From positions 1 to 34,104 of IMG/VR virus record IMGVR_UViG_3300032303_000311: DNA of 34,104 bases; one strand, given 5' to 3'. Made by a program: the position numbers and the translations under genes. The notes below the pieces were generated by a model that was given only the letters and a program-made list of their open reading frames with translations, did not search any database and had not been told where the DNA came from. The DNA comes from a virus. Its lineage: Duplodnaviria; Caudoviricetes. Below are positions 8,490 through 16,389 of the stretch, one piece after another. The first letter of the stretch is position 1. The number at the start of each line of letters is the position of its first letter.

Positions 8490-9254
8490 TTACAAGTTGT
8501 TTTTTACTTGGTAAAACCTTAATAAATGCTGAAAGCACTCCCAGCCCTTTTGAAGTTGGGGTTCTTCCACTTCTACTAATTTTACTTGGTTAGTCATGCC
8601 GTTGACAAACACGATGGCACACCTAGCGTTGGGCAAGTTTAGTCCTTCACGATATGCCGCTAACTGTAGTTCATGCTCGAACCATACATCAATTTTATCA
8701 AGATCGGTGGTCTTAGTCTTAAAATCTACTATAAAACCTTGACCCTGACCGTTGATGGGTTTAGCCATTAAATCGCATTTGCCACCAAACCCTAGCGGAT
8801 GCCCAAAAGACTTCTCTGCAAGCCACGGTTGCTCTCCAAAGGCATCTTTAAGTACCTTGTCAATCTCATCAAGATAAGCTGGTTTTTCAGGCATATACAC
8901 CTGCTCAAAATAGCTTTCAATGATGTTATGAATAGCCGTACCACGCTCTGCCGCTTCCCTGCCTGTGGCTTTGCTATCTTTCATTACCCTAGATAGCCAA
9001 ACCCCTTCTTCTTCCCCTTCTAGGCGAGGTAGTGTAAGTGCGGCAAGGATAGCTTGTTCTGCAAGCCATCGCTGTAGCCCTTCACCTTTGTTTGCAACAT
9101 TGATGATGGTGGTAACTGAGGGCAATAAACCAAGTTTTTTGGCATCCCTGAGTGTTGTCGGTCTTTCGCCAGTTTTGCCGATGGTTGTATAGGCTGGAGT
9201 GCCTTGGAGAGTGTACCAATGACCATTATTTTCTACCTTATCTTTAACTATCAT
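8490..9254 (-). CDS. PD-(D/E)XK exonuclease (recombination nuclease)
   Basis: PSVTTI, RGTAIH, E...GGKCDL...IVDFKT, QLAAY motifs. Confidence 0.85.
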   Translation of the reverse strand: MIVKDKVENNGHWYTLQGTPAYTTIGKTGERPTTLRDAKKLGLLPSVTTIINVANKGEGLQRWLAEQAILAALTLPRLEGEEEGVWLSRVMKDSKATGREAAERGTAIHNIIESYFEQVYMPEKPAYLDEIDKVLKDAFGEQPWLAEKSFGHPLGFGGKCDLMAKPINGQGQGFIVDFKTKTTDLDKIDVWFEHELQLAAYREGLNLPNARCAIVFVNGMTNQVKLVEVEEPQLQKGWECFQHLLRFYQVKNNL

Positions 9255-9507
9255 GTTTTCTCGCTTCTAACATTGCGTCAGCAAAAATATAGCAATATTC
9301 AGCTACAACCGCTATTCCTGATGACATATCGCCATCTCTTTCAGGATCACCAATTTCAAAGATTCCCCCATCGTTTTCTATTGAATCTTTAGCAAATTTA
9401 AAAGCCATTGGCATTGCCTTAGACGCAAAATAATCACGCAAATCCATGCCGTCAGACTTTAAATCCATCATTCCAGCTACAAGATGTTTCGTTGGAAATG
9501 CTTTCAT
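9244..9507 (-). CDS. Conserved phage hypothetical protein
   Basis: AFP...GMDLRDYFASKAM...ADAMLEAR pattern typical of small phage early proteins. Confidence 0.65.
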   Translation of the reverse strand: MKAFPTKHLVAGMMDLKSDGMDLRDYFASKAMPMAFKFAKDSIENDGGIFEIGDPERDGDMSSGIAVVAEYCYIFADAMLEARKHDS

Positions 9508-9516
9508 ATTGCCCCC

Positions 9517-10131
9517 TTAAAATGGAATATCGTTTAGGTTGTCATCTTCAATCTTTGGTGCGTTCTTTTCACGCTCTTGCTGACCACGCCACTCAGATGA
9601 TTCGGCAATTTTTTCTTTGTAATACTTTGGCAACGCATCGTATTTAGCTTGGTCAAATTCTGCTAACCAAAAATGAACTGGTGCGTTAATACCGTCAGGC
9701 TGGGCATTACGCAACGCTGTTGGCACAGGGCTAATACCGCTGATGTTAGCGTAGCGGCCATCTTCTGAATGGGTAATATTGACCATACAGAATTTCCCTA
9801 ACAGGTTCTTAAGGTCAAAGTTTTTCCTATCTTCTGCGGTCATCTTTTTGTTAGACCACGCTTCTAAGTCTTGACGCAACCGTGCCTGATCTCCAAGGCT
9901 GACGGTATAACGCTTAGACACAATTAACGGCTTACCATCGTCTGTCTTTAATGGAGCACCGCTATCGTCATTGCCATGCAGTTCCCAAGTCAATACGACT
10001 TTGTGCATAATTTTGGTTTCGCCAGCCCATTCGGTAGCCTGATGCCCTAAGTCAATGACCGAATACAAACGAGCCATGTGGTTGCCAGCAGGGGCTATTT
10101 TAAATTCTTTACTGTTATCTGAAATAATCAT
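9517..10131 (-). CDS. Putative ssDNA-binding/recombination protein
   Basis: PAGNHMAR...DLG N-terminus, beta-rich body, acidic DDNLNDIPF tail; near exonuclease. Confidence 0.7.
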   Translation of the reverse strand: MIISDNSKEFKIAPAGNHMARLYSVIDLGHQATEWAGETKIMHKVVLTWELHGNDDSGAPLKTDDGKPLIVSKRYTVSLGDQARLRQDLEAWSNKKMTAEDRKNFDLKNLLGKFCMVNITHSEDGRYANISGISPVPTALRNAQPDGINAPVHFWLAEFDQAKYDALPKYYKEKIAESSEWRGQQEREKNAPKIEDDNLNDIPF

Positions 10132-10340
10132 TTTCCGTTCCTAAAAATATTTGAAAAGTCGTTAATAACATCACGCAATACAGGGTTTACTTGAGTGTTG
10201 CGTACAGGCGATGGCAATCCACACGCATAGCGTAAGTCACCAATTTCATCTGCGGTTAAGAAAACCCCATCATCGAGGTCTTTAAAGATGCGTTCCAAAT
10301 GTTGTTGGAAGCTGTGAAAGTCTTGATCTTGCTCACTCAT
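10128..10340 (-). CDS. Hypothetical protein
   Basis: Start reassigned to MSEQDQDF with AGGAGA RBS. Confidence 0.6.
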   Translation of the reverse strand: MSEQDQDFHSFQQHLERIFKDLDDGVFLTADEIGDLRYACGLPSPVRNTQVNPVLRDVINDFSNIFRNGK

Positions 10341-10380
10341 ACGAGTTCTCCTAAATTTACACGGCACATACCGTATTTAG

Positions 10381-10409
10381 ATATTAAGCTAACTTAAATA
10401 AGATTGCAA
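10381..10409 (-). promoter_or_regulatory. Leftward sigma70 promoter with operator
   Basis: Minus strand TTGCAA-17nt-TAATAT; TTAAG-CTAA-CTTAA at 10384-10397. Confidence 0.75.
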
Positions 10410-10417
10410 CACTTTAT

Positions 10418-10453
10418 TTGTAAAAATGTTGTTTATTTGTTAAGATAGCTGAA
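10418..10453 (+). promoter_or_regulatory. Rightward sigma70 promoter (extended -10) with near-consensus operator; likely leaderless transcript
   Basis: TTGTAA-17nt-TAAGAT preceded by TGn; TTAAG-ATAG-CTGAA at 10440-10453; ATG begins 7 nt after the -10. Confidence 0.7.
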
Positions 10454-10683
10454 TGGATAAAACTTCAACAAGAGCAATGATCGCCCTTTTGGGTGGGCCT
10501 ACAAAAGTAGCAAACCTAGTAGGAGTAAGCGTTCCAGCCGTGTCTATGTGGCAAAACGGCATTATTCCCTATGACAAGCTGGTAATCCTAGCCGCTACGC
10601 TAGAAAAGCAAAGCCACGGTTTATGGTCTAGAAAACAGCTTTTTCCGCTGTCTTATAAGATGATATGGCCTGAGATTGAATAA
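10453..10683 (+). CDS. Cro-like HTH transcriptional regulator
   Basis: LGGPTKVANLVGVSVPAVSMW..IP helix-turn-helix; located at the divergence point. Confidence 0.85.
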   Translation: MDKTSTRAMIALLGGPTKVANLVGVSVPAVSMWQNGIIPYDKLVILAATLEKQSHGLWSRKQLFPLSYKMIWPEIE

Positions 10684-11449
10684 GCCACATATTGTTGCTT
10701 TTGGTGGTGGAGTAGACAGCACGGCTATGATTTTGGGGCTTTATGAAGCAAGCCGACCAATAGATTTAATACTTTTTGCCGATACTGGCGGTGAACGCCC
10801 TGAAACATACGCTCATATAGTGAGCTTCAGTAATTGGCTTGTAAATAAAGGTTTGCCAAGTATTACGGTGGTCAAGCGTACACGCAAAGATGGTAGTTTA
10901 GAAACGCTTGAACAAGAATGTCACAGACGCAACAATTTGCCATCTATTGCTTATGGGTTTAAATCATGCTCACAGAAGCACAAAATAGCCCCACAAGACA
11001 AATATTTAAACTCTTGGCAGTCAGCTATAGATTGGTGGAAAACAGGCTCAAAATGCGTTAAATACATTGGCTATGACGCTGGTGAATCACATAGGGCTGA
11101 CAATGCCGCAAAGCGTGATGACCCTAAATATGACTATGAATATCCATTAATAGAATGGCAATGGGATAGGCAAGATTGCTTAGACATTATTGCAAAACAT
11201 GGGATTACCAATGTTGGTAAGTCAGCTTGCTTTTTTTGCCCATCTTCTCGCCCAAAAGAAATTGTTGATCTTTATGAGAAACACCCTGATTTATTGCAAA
11301 GGGCATTAGACATTGAAAAACAAGCAGAACTTACCAGCATCAAAGGTTTAGGTAGAAATTACGCTTGGTCGGAAGTAATTTTGATGCACAAATCCCAAAT
11401 GACGCTTCCATTTGTAGGGTTTGATGTTCCATGTGAATGTACTGAATGA
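10676..11449 (+). CDS. PAPS reductase-family / PP-loop protein
   Basis: VAFGGGVDSTAM PP-loop, LFADTGGE, CSQKHKI, SACFFCP, terminal CEC. Confidence 0.8.
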   Translation: MNKPHIVAFGGGVDSTAMILGLYEASRPIDLILFADTGGERPETYAHIVSFSNWLVNKGLPSITVVKRTRKDGSLETLEQECHRRNNLPSIAYGFKSCSQKHKIAPQDKYLNSWQSAIDWWKTGSKCVKYIGYDAGESHRADNAAKRDDPKYDYEYPLIEWQWDRQDCLDIIAKHGITNVGKSACFFCPSSRPKEIVDLYEKHPDLLQRALDIEKQAELTSIKGLGRNYAWSEVILMHKSQMTLPFVGFDVPCECTE

Positions 11450-12000
11450 ATAACATTACCCTTTGTTGTATTGATTCGGCACAGCCTGACAAAGCCATAA
11501 AAGCAATGGACAGGTGCAAGGAATACTTTAATTTTGGCGGTGAAATCTTTATAAATGACCCCAAAATTAATAGCCGCCAAGCATATAGCAAATTTATTCT
11601 TCAGGAACTGTATAAACAGGTCTATACGGACTTTGTTTTAATAGTCCAATGGGATGGGTTTATTATCAATCCTGACGCTTGGAATGACCAATTTTTAAAT
11701 TATGACTACATTGGGGCGGTATGGCCGTGGCATGAAGAAGGTAGAAAGGTAGGCAATGGTGGCTTTAGCCTACGCTCAAGGGTGCTTTGTGAACTAACCG
11801 CCAGCCCTGAGTTTGTCTATACAAATGAAAACGAAGATGACCAAATTTGCCATGTAAACAGGGATTTCTTGGAAAATCAGGGTATGAAGTTTGCCCCTGA
11901 AGAACTGGCTAGATATTTTAGCTTTGAGCGTGAATTGTCAGACATTAAAACTTTTGGCTTTCACGGGGATTTTAATTTTGAAAGACTTGGGTTATACTGA
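11446..12000 (+). CDS. DUF5672-like putative glycosyltransferase (GT-A-like)
   Basis: LIVQWDG, YDYIGAVW, VGNGGFSLRS, NED, FSFE, FGFH motifs. Confidence 0.7.
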   Translation: MNNITLCCIDSAQPDKAIKAMDRCKEYFNFGGEIFINDPKINSRQAYSKFILQELYKQVYTDFVLIVQWDGFIINPDAWNDQFLNYDYIGAVWPWHEEGRKVGNGGFSLRSRVLCELTASPEFVYTNENEDDQICHVNRDFLENQGMKFAPEELARYFSFERELSDIKTFGFHGDFNFERLGLY

Positions 12001-12149
12001 CGGGGCAGAGTGATGTCTGTTTAGTAAGTCCCCTTTATAAGACCCCTTCGGTCTGATCTGAGTGTTTAGTAAATGAATATAAGGGCATTTATTAAGCAAC
12101 ATCACCTTAGATCAGTCCCAAGGGGTTTTTCTATTTCTGCCTAGCCCGT
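12000..12149 (+). ncRNA. Candidate C4/CI-like antisense or attenuator RNA
   Basis: Long bulged hairpin 12040-12128 with plus-strand G-U pairs; bulge ACATCAC (12099-12105) complementary to upstream GTGATGT (12010-12016). Confidence 0.55.
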
Positions 12150-12434
12150 TCTCAAACGTGTTGCAACGGTAAAGGCTGTAAGTACCCCTAGAAACTACTA
12201 GGTGCTAATGCACCCTTCCCTATCCGTTATTGCTTGGATAGTCAGAAGAACCGTCCTGTATGGATAGACCGATGATGTGATAACGACAGACCTAGGCACG
12301 ACAAAGACATCGAAGCAATAATTTGAGCCAAGAACTCAGCAAGACTGACAAGCTATTCCTCATAGTAGGGATAGCTATGTCCTGAATCTTGCAATCCTGA
12401 CAAAAAAACAACAGTTATAAATAATTTGTTATTA

Positions 12435-12456
12435 TTAAGCCTACTTAACATATACT
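12435..12456 (+). promoter_or_regulatory. Operator plus -10 box
   Basis: TTAAG-CCTA-CTTAA at 12435-12448 followed by TATACT at 12451-12456; -35 is poor. Confidence 0.65.
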
Positions 12457-12463
12457 TTCTTAC

Positions 12464-12562
12464 ATGGAAAACTTAATGTTAATTTTCTCTGTTGGAATCT
12501 TTGCCATACTTGGTGCGGTATTGCTTCTTTTGTTTATCATTCTTTATTGGGTAAAAACATGA
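12464..12562 (+). CDS. Small membrane peptide (32 aa), probably leaderless
   Basis: MENLMLIFSVGIFAILGAVLLLLFIILYWVKT; ATGA coupling to next ORF. Confidence 0.55.
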   Translation: MENLMLIFSVGIFAILGAVLLLLFIILYWVKT

Positions 12563-12795
12563 CTTGGAACTTACGATTAGTAAATATGAGTAACCCCTAT
12601 GAGGATTACTTTGAAATCCGTGAAGTGTATTACGACAACATGGGTAAACCGATTGCACACAGTCAAGCATCTATTGGTGGGGAAGATAGACTAGAAGTTG
12701 ATAGATACATTGAACTGGCTAAACTGGCACTTGATAAACCTATTATAAAGTTTGCTGATGCAGAAAAAAGCGAAATTAGTAAAGACGAAGAATGA
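12559..12795 (+). CDS. Conserved phage hypothetical protein
   Basis: MTWNLRLV...IREVYYD..GKP...ALDKPII; start reassigned to the ATGA overlap. Confidence 0.65.
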   Translation: MTWNLRLVNMSNPYEDYFEIREVYYDNMGKPIAHSQASIGGEDRLEVDRYIELAKLALDKPIIKFADAEKSEISKDEE

Positions 12796-12947
12796 TTGAA
12801 ACCTTAATTAAACCCCAGCCGCTAGATAACGACATTGCTGTAATGAAGATATTGCAATTGATGGGTCAGCTATCTTTAAACGACATTGAATACATTACCA
12901 AAATAACTTCACAAGTAAGCAATTTGATAAGCGAGAAATCACAATGA
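12792..12947 (+). CDS. Hypothetical protein (51 aa)
   Basis: MIETLIKPQPLDND...SEKSQ; ATGA overlaps on both sides. Confidence 0.55.
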   Translation: MIETLIKPQPLDNDIAVMKILQLMGQLSLNDIEYITKITSQVSNLISEKSQ

Positions 12948-13315
12948 CCTTTGCTGTTTTCTATGGTTTATATCCCCGTAAAATGGCTCGTAAAGACGCT
13001 GAAAAGGCTTGGAAGTCTATGACTGCCGATGAGCAAGAAAAAGCCATAGAAGCCCTGCCACAGCATCTTAAATACTGGAAGATAAAAGAAACCGCTAAAG
13101 ACTACATACCATATCCTGCCAGCTGGTTACGGGCTGGGCGGTATGACGATGAATTTGACATCGAGCCTTTAAAGAAACCTGAGTTACCGTGGTATTCAAG
13201 CAAAGAATTAACGGCTAAAAAAGCCCAAGAAGTCAATTGCCCTGCTTATGCTGGTGAAGCATGGGCGGCATGGCGGTCTAGGATTGCTCAGAAAATAAAG
13301 CAAATTGAAGCCTGA
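12944..13315 (+). CDS. Protein resembling the C-terminal domain of phage replication initiators
   Basis: F..FY..YPRK..RKDAEKAW...YIPYPASWL..GRYDDE; no N-terminal HTH region. Confidence 0.6.
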   Translation: MTFAVFYGLYPRKMARKDAEKAWKSMTADEQEKAIEALPQHLKYWKIKETAKDYIPYPASWLRAGRYDDEFDIEPLKKPELPWYSSKELTAKKAQEVNCPAYAGEAWAAWRSRIAQKIKQIEA

Positions 13316-13502
13316 CCCATTTAAGGGAATGATTTACGGGATCATACAAAGACCCAAAGCAGTAAAACAGATGTATCTTGTAGATTGGTACATTGGTGTA
13401 GCAAAGAAGCGTGGCTGGGATGCGGTGGTTAAGTTAATACAACAAAACCCCGACACCGAAGCGGAAATAAAAATGTTAATTAAAAAGAGATTAGGAAAAT
13501 GA
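13305..13502 (+). CDS. Hypothetical protein
   Basis: Fills operon, overlaps neighbours. Confidence 0.5.
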   Translation: MKPDPFKGMIYGIIQRPKAVKQMYLVDWYIGVAKKRGWDAVVKLIQQNPDTEAEIKMLIKKRLGK

Positions 13503-13828
13503 GAGAGATAGACCCCAATAAATGTATAGACTTTATCCTTGAAAACGCAGGTAAGTACGCACAAGCTAAAGGCGAATTAGCCCAACTAGAAACTTTTAAG
13601 AGTTCACTCAAATCCATTATGATGAAGAAGTCAGGTGAACAAACCATCGGAGCACAGGAGCGTGAAGCCTACGCCAGCCAAGAATACCAAGACTTATGCA
13701 ATTCTATTGGCACGGCTACAGAAAACGCAGAAAAACTCAAGTGGGAACTAGAAGCCGCAAGGCTCAGACATTCCACATGGCAAACCCTAGAAGTATCTAA
13801 CCGCAATCAAGATCGGATATTGAAATAA
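13499..13828 (+). CDS. Helical conserved phage protein (possibly UvsY-like)
   Basis: YAQAK...QEREAYAS.EY...W.T..S.R coiled-coil pattern. Confidence 0.55.
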   Translation: MREIDPNKCIDFILENAGKYAQAKGELAQLETFKSSLKSIMMKKSGEQTIGAQEREAYASQEYQDLCNSIGTATENAEKLKWELEAARLRHSTWQTLEVSNRNQDRILK

Positions 13829-13995
13829 TGTTAAAACTCACCGAAGAATTTTTAATCCTCAAACTACTTTGCAAGATGTATGACGATGCCCTAAACCGCA
13901 AAGACTATACCCAAATGCTTGAAATCAGCGTAGATATTGCAGAATCTAGCGATAAGCTAGAACAAATGACCGTAGACCATATCAATGGCCACTAA
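13828..13995 (+). CDS. Hypothetical protein (55 aa)
   Basis: MLKLTEEFLILKLLCKMYDD...INGH; TAATG coupling. Confidence 0.55.
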   Translation: MLKLTEEFLILKLLCKMYDDALNRKDYTQMLEISVDIAESSDKLEQMTVDHINGH

Positions 13996-14257
13996 GCATG
14001 AGAAAGAAAAATACAGAAAAATTGCTGAACTGGGATGCTCATTATGTAGGCATCAAGGCAATGAAGGAACGCCAGCAGAATTGCATCACATTAGACGAAG
14101 TGGCGTTAGAAGCCGCTCGCCAGTTATTCCGCTCTGTACCTACCACCATCGAGGATCAAATACCAGTATTCACGGAATGGGTCGTAAACGCTTCGAGCAA
14201 GAATACGGAATCACGGAAGAACAGTTGCTGGAGAAAACGGAAAGTCTTATTGCATGA
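13985..14257 (+). CDS. Zn-binding HNH-like nuclease (Ref/DUF968-like)
   Basis: CSLC...AELHHIR...VIPLCTYHHRG...IHG. Confidence 0.75.
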   Translation: MATKHEKEKYRKIAELGCSLCRHQGNEGTPAELHHIRRSGVRSRSPVIPLCTYHHRGSNTSIHGMGRKRFEQEYGITEEQLLEKTESLIA

Positions 14258-14397
14258 GTAGTTGGTTAATCATTGTTACAGGGGCTATATACGCCTATAT
14301 AGGGATTGAACAGGTTGTAAAAGGCAACCTACCTATGGGAATAACCTATATGTCCTACGCAACCGCCAATATTGGTCTTTACTTCATGGCTAAATGA
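14254..14397 (+). CDS. Small two-TM membrane protein (47 aa)
   Basis: MSSWLIIVTGAIYAYIGIEQVVKGNLPMGITYMSYATANIGLYFMAK; ATGA coupling. Confidence 0.6.
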   Translation: MSSWLIIVTGAIYAYIGIEQVVKGNLPMGITYMSYATANIGLYFMAK

Positions 14398-14516
14398 GTT
14401 TTACTATTTATCAAGCCGATGAAATGAAAGTAATTCAATGGTTTAGCACAATTGATGATTTATTAAAATCCATGTTGGCTAATCCAAATGACGCTTATCA
14501 CCGAAATCCTATATAA
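14394..14516 (+). CDS. Hypothetical protein (40 aa)
   Basis: MSFTIYQADEMKVIQWF...RNPI; ATGA coupling. Confidence 0.5.
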   Translation: MSFTIYQADEMKVIQWFSTIDDLLKSMLANPNDAYHRNPI

Positions 14517-14530
14517 TTATTGCACCGCAA
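14512..14530 (+). promoter_or_regulatory. -10 box followed by TTGC-N3-GCAA palindrome (PhaR-box-like)
   Basis: TATAAT at 14512-14517; TTGCACCGCAA at 14520-14530 covering the expected start site. Confidence 0.5.
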
Positions 14531-14549
14531 CATTTAATAGGAGATTGCT

Positions 14550-14675
14550 ATGTACACATTCGATGAGCAGATTAAAAAGTATGAAGAAGTCTTAGACCGC
14601 ACCCAGCAGATGTATGAATTTTGGTACAACTGCGTGTTGTCTACAATGAAAGACTTTTATAAGTTTGGTAAATAA
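14550..14675 (+). CDS. Small amphipathic helical protein (41 aa)
   Basis: AGGAGA RBS; MYTFDEQIKKYEEVLDRTQQMYEFWYNCVLSTMKDFYKFGK. Confidence 0.6.
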   Translation: MYTFDEQIKKYEEVLDRTQQMYEFWYNCVLSTMKDFYKFGK

Positions 14676-14715
14676 AGGTTACCTTTTGCAACCTTGAGCC
14701 GTATTTATTTACGGT

Positions 14716-15069
14716 TCAAAGTTCCAATCCGTCAAAACCCATCTCAAAAGCTACAATCTTGCACCGCCTACGAAATTCTGCGGAATGATGTAGCCATTTG
14801 TCACCTTTTAAACGGTGAAAACTCATGTGAACCATCTCATGTGCCAAAGTTGTAAGCATAGTGTAATAATGCCCACAGCGAGCAGAAGAAATCGTAATAG
14901 AGTGTTCATAAAAATCGCCTGTATCGTATGTATAAGTTCCCATTGCATCTTTGTCAGGAACAATTAAAAACTCTACTTCTTCAGGTAAGGGCATTTTCCA
15001 TTTAGTAAACGGGTAAAGACAGCTTAGGCTGGCATACGCATTACGGATAACTTCAGGATTGAGCTTCAT
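14716..15069 (-). CDS. SprT-like zinc metalloprotease
   Basis: TLAHEMVH (HExxH) with downstream H..EF. Confidence 0.75.
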   Translation of the reverse strand: MKLNPEVIRNAYASLSCLYPFTKWKMPLPEEVEFLIVPDKDAMGTYTYDTGDFYEHSITISSARCGHYYTMLTTLAHEMVHMSFHRLKGDKWLHHSAEFRRRCKIVAFEMGFDGLEL

Positions 15070-16025
15070 ACACCGTGTATTTTCCCACGAAACTCGACTT
15101 CATCCTCTCCCCAAACCCTAATCATTTCAGGCTGTAAAAGGCGGCTACGCTCAAAAGATAACATTACAAACCCTGAATTCCAGTCCTTTGGAGTATCTTC
15201 TGTATAGGCGAATTGCTGACCATTAATATCGGCTAAAGTTCCTGTTTGAACCCCCCAGCGTGTACCGTTATAGTCCCCAACTGGCATACAAGATAAATGG
15301 TGGGTATGCCCTGTAATCATATTCACCCCTGAATTTAAGGAATTGGCACGCCCAGCACTAAAACCACCTTTCCAACGGTGTTTAATACAAGTATCTTCAT
15401 TGACCCAAAATGACCAGCAAGGAAGCCACGCAGGGAAGTATTCTTTAAGAGTTGTACCCCTCATACCCTCAAAGGCTGGAAGGTTCTCTATGATCCGCAT
15501 TTCAAGCCTAGCGTCATGATTACCTAGCGGCCAATACAACTTAGCCCCTTTAGCTACAGCTTCAATTTCGCCTAAAAAGTATTGACAGGCTTCAAGTTCT
15601 TCTTTGACAGTTGGTATTTTGTCCCAATCACCTCTAGGAAAACGACTAATTGAAGCCCCATCTAATGCGTCACCGTTACAAACAATGGCATTAGGCTTGT
15701 ATTCCTTAATCATTTCTAACAACGCTTTGAACGCTGTAGTGGTTTGGTCAGGCCAAAAGTGAGCGTCAGAAAATACAATAATGCGACCTTTTTCTAAATC
15801 CATACCCCTACGGGTATTCCCTACTGTTTGCTCTGTTTTCTTGTAATCGTTTACTCGTTGATCCTTAAAGCTAGGAAGGGGTATTTGTAATCTTGTTTCT
15901 ATTGACCGTCTGCGGTTATATACTGCTCTTTCAGACATTGCATGGATTTTGGCAAAAGATAATGGAGAGCCTATTTTGTTCCATTCATCTATAAACTGTT
16001 CATCCGTTAAATAATAGCCGCCCAT
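15066..16025 (-). CDS. Calcineurin-like metallophosphoesterase
   Basis: SDAH, NGDALD, GNHD, KH, GHTH motifs. Confidence 0.88.
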   Translation of the reverse strand: MGGYYLTDEQFIDEWNKIGSPLSFAKIHAMSERAVYNRRRSIETRLQIPLPSFKDQRVNDYKKTEQTVGNTRRGMDLEKGRIIVFSDAHFWPDQTTTAFKALLEMIKEYKPNAIVCNGDALDGASISRFPRGDWDKIPTVKEELEACQYFLGEIEAVAKGAKLYWPLGNHDARLEMRIIENLPAFEGMRGTTLKEYFPAWLPCWSFWVNEDTCIKHRWKGGFSAGRANSLNSGVNMITGHTHHLSCMPVGDYNGTRWGVQTGTLADINGQQFAYTEDTPKDWNSGFVMLSFERSRLLQPEMIRVWGEDEVEFRGKIHGV

Positions 16026-16082
16026 TTATAGCCTTTATAATGATAAAGTTAGCCAATACTAATCTATTTTAATGGAAAATCA

Positions 16083-16367
16083 ATGACATACGCACGAATT
16101 GATAGTAACCACAAAGAAATAGTGGCGGCATTAAGACAAGTTGGTGCTACTGTGGTGTCACTTGCCGCTATGAAACATGGATGCCCTGACCTACTTGTTG
16201 GCTATGCTGGCGAAACATTACTCATGGAAATTAAAAAAGATTCAAAAGCCAAGTTCACTCCTAACCAAATAGACTTTATGGGCAAGTGGAAAGGCGGTGC
16301 AGTCAGTCGTGTAGATAGTGTTGATGCCGCATTAAGAGCACTAGGAGTAATCAAAAAAGTGTTATAA
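16083..16367 (+). CDS. VRR-NUC-like nuclease / Holliday junction resolvase
   Basis: RIDSNHKEIV..LR..G, GCPDLLVG, LMEIK, TPNQ..F..W. Confidence 0.75.
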   Translation: MTYARIDSNHKEIVAALRQVGATVVSLAAMKHGCPDLLVGYAGETLLMEIKKDSKAKFTPNQIDFMGKWKGGAVSRVDSVDAALRALGVIKKVL

Positions 16368-16389
16368 AATACATTAAAAGGAGCGTTTC

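Noticed and set aside
8490-9254. Exonuclease as Cas4 of a CRISPR system
   Set aside because: No four-Cys Fe-S pattern, no array and no other cas genes; recombination context fits better
13985-14257. HNH-like gene as the free-standing homing nuclease for the capsid introns
   Set aside because: It lies about 14 kb away and looks like a Ref/DUF968-type protein without a DNA-specificity domain; no supporting evidence
14674-14719. Two adjacent hairpins between convergent genes as an ncRNA
   Set aside because: Short AT-rich stems at a convergence point; most simply a weak terminator or processing site
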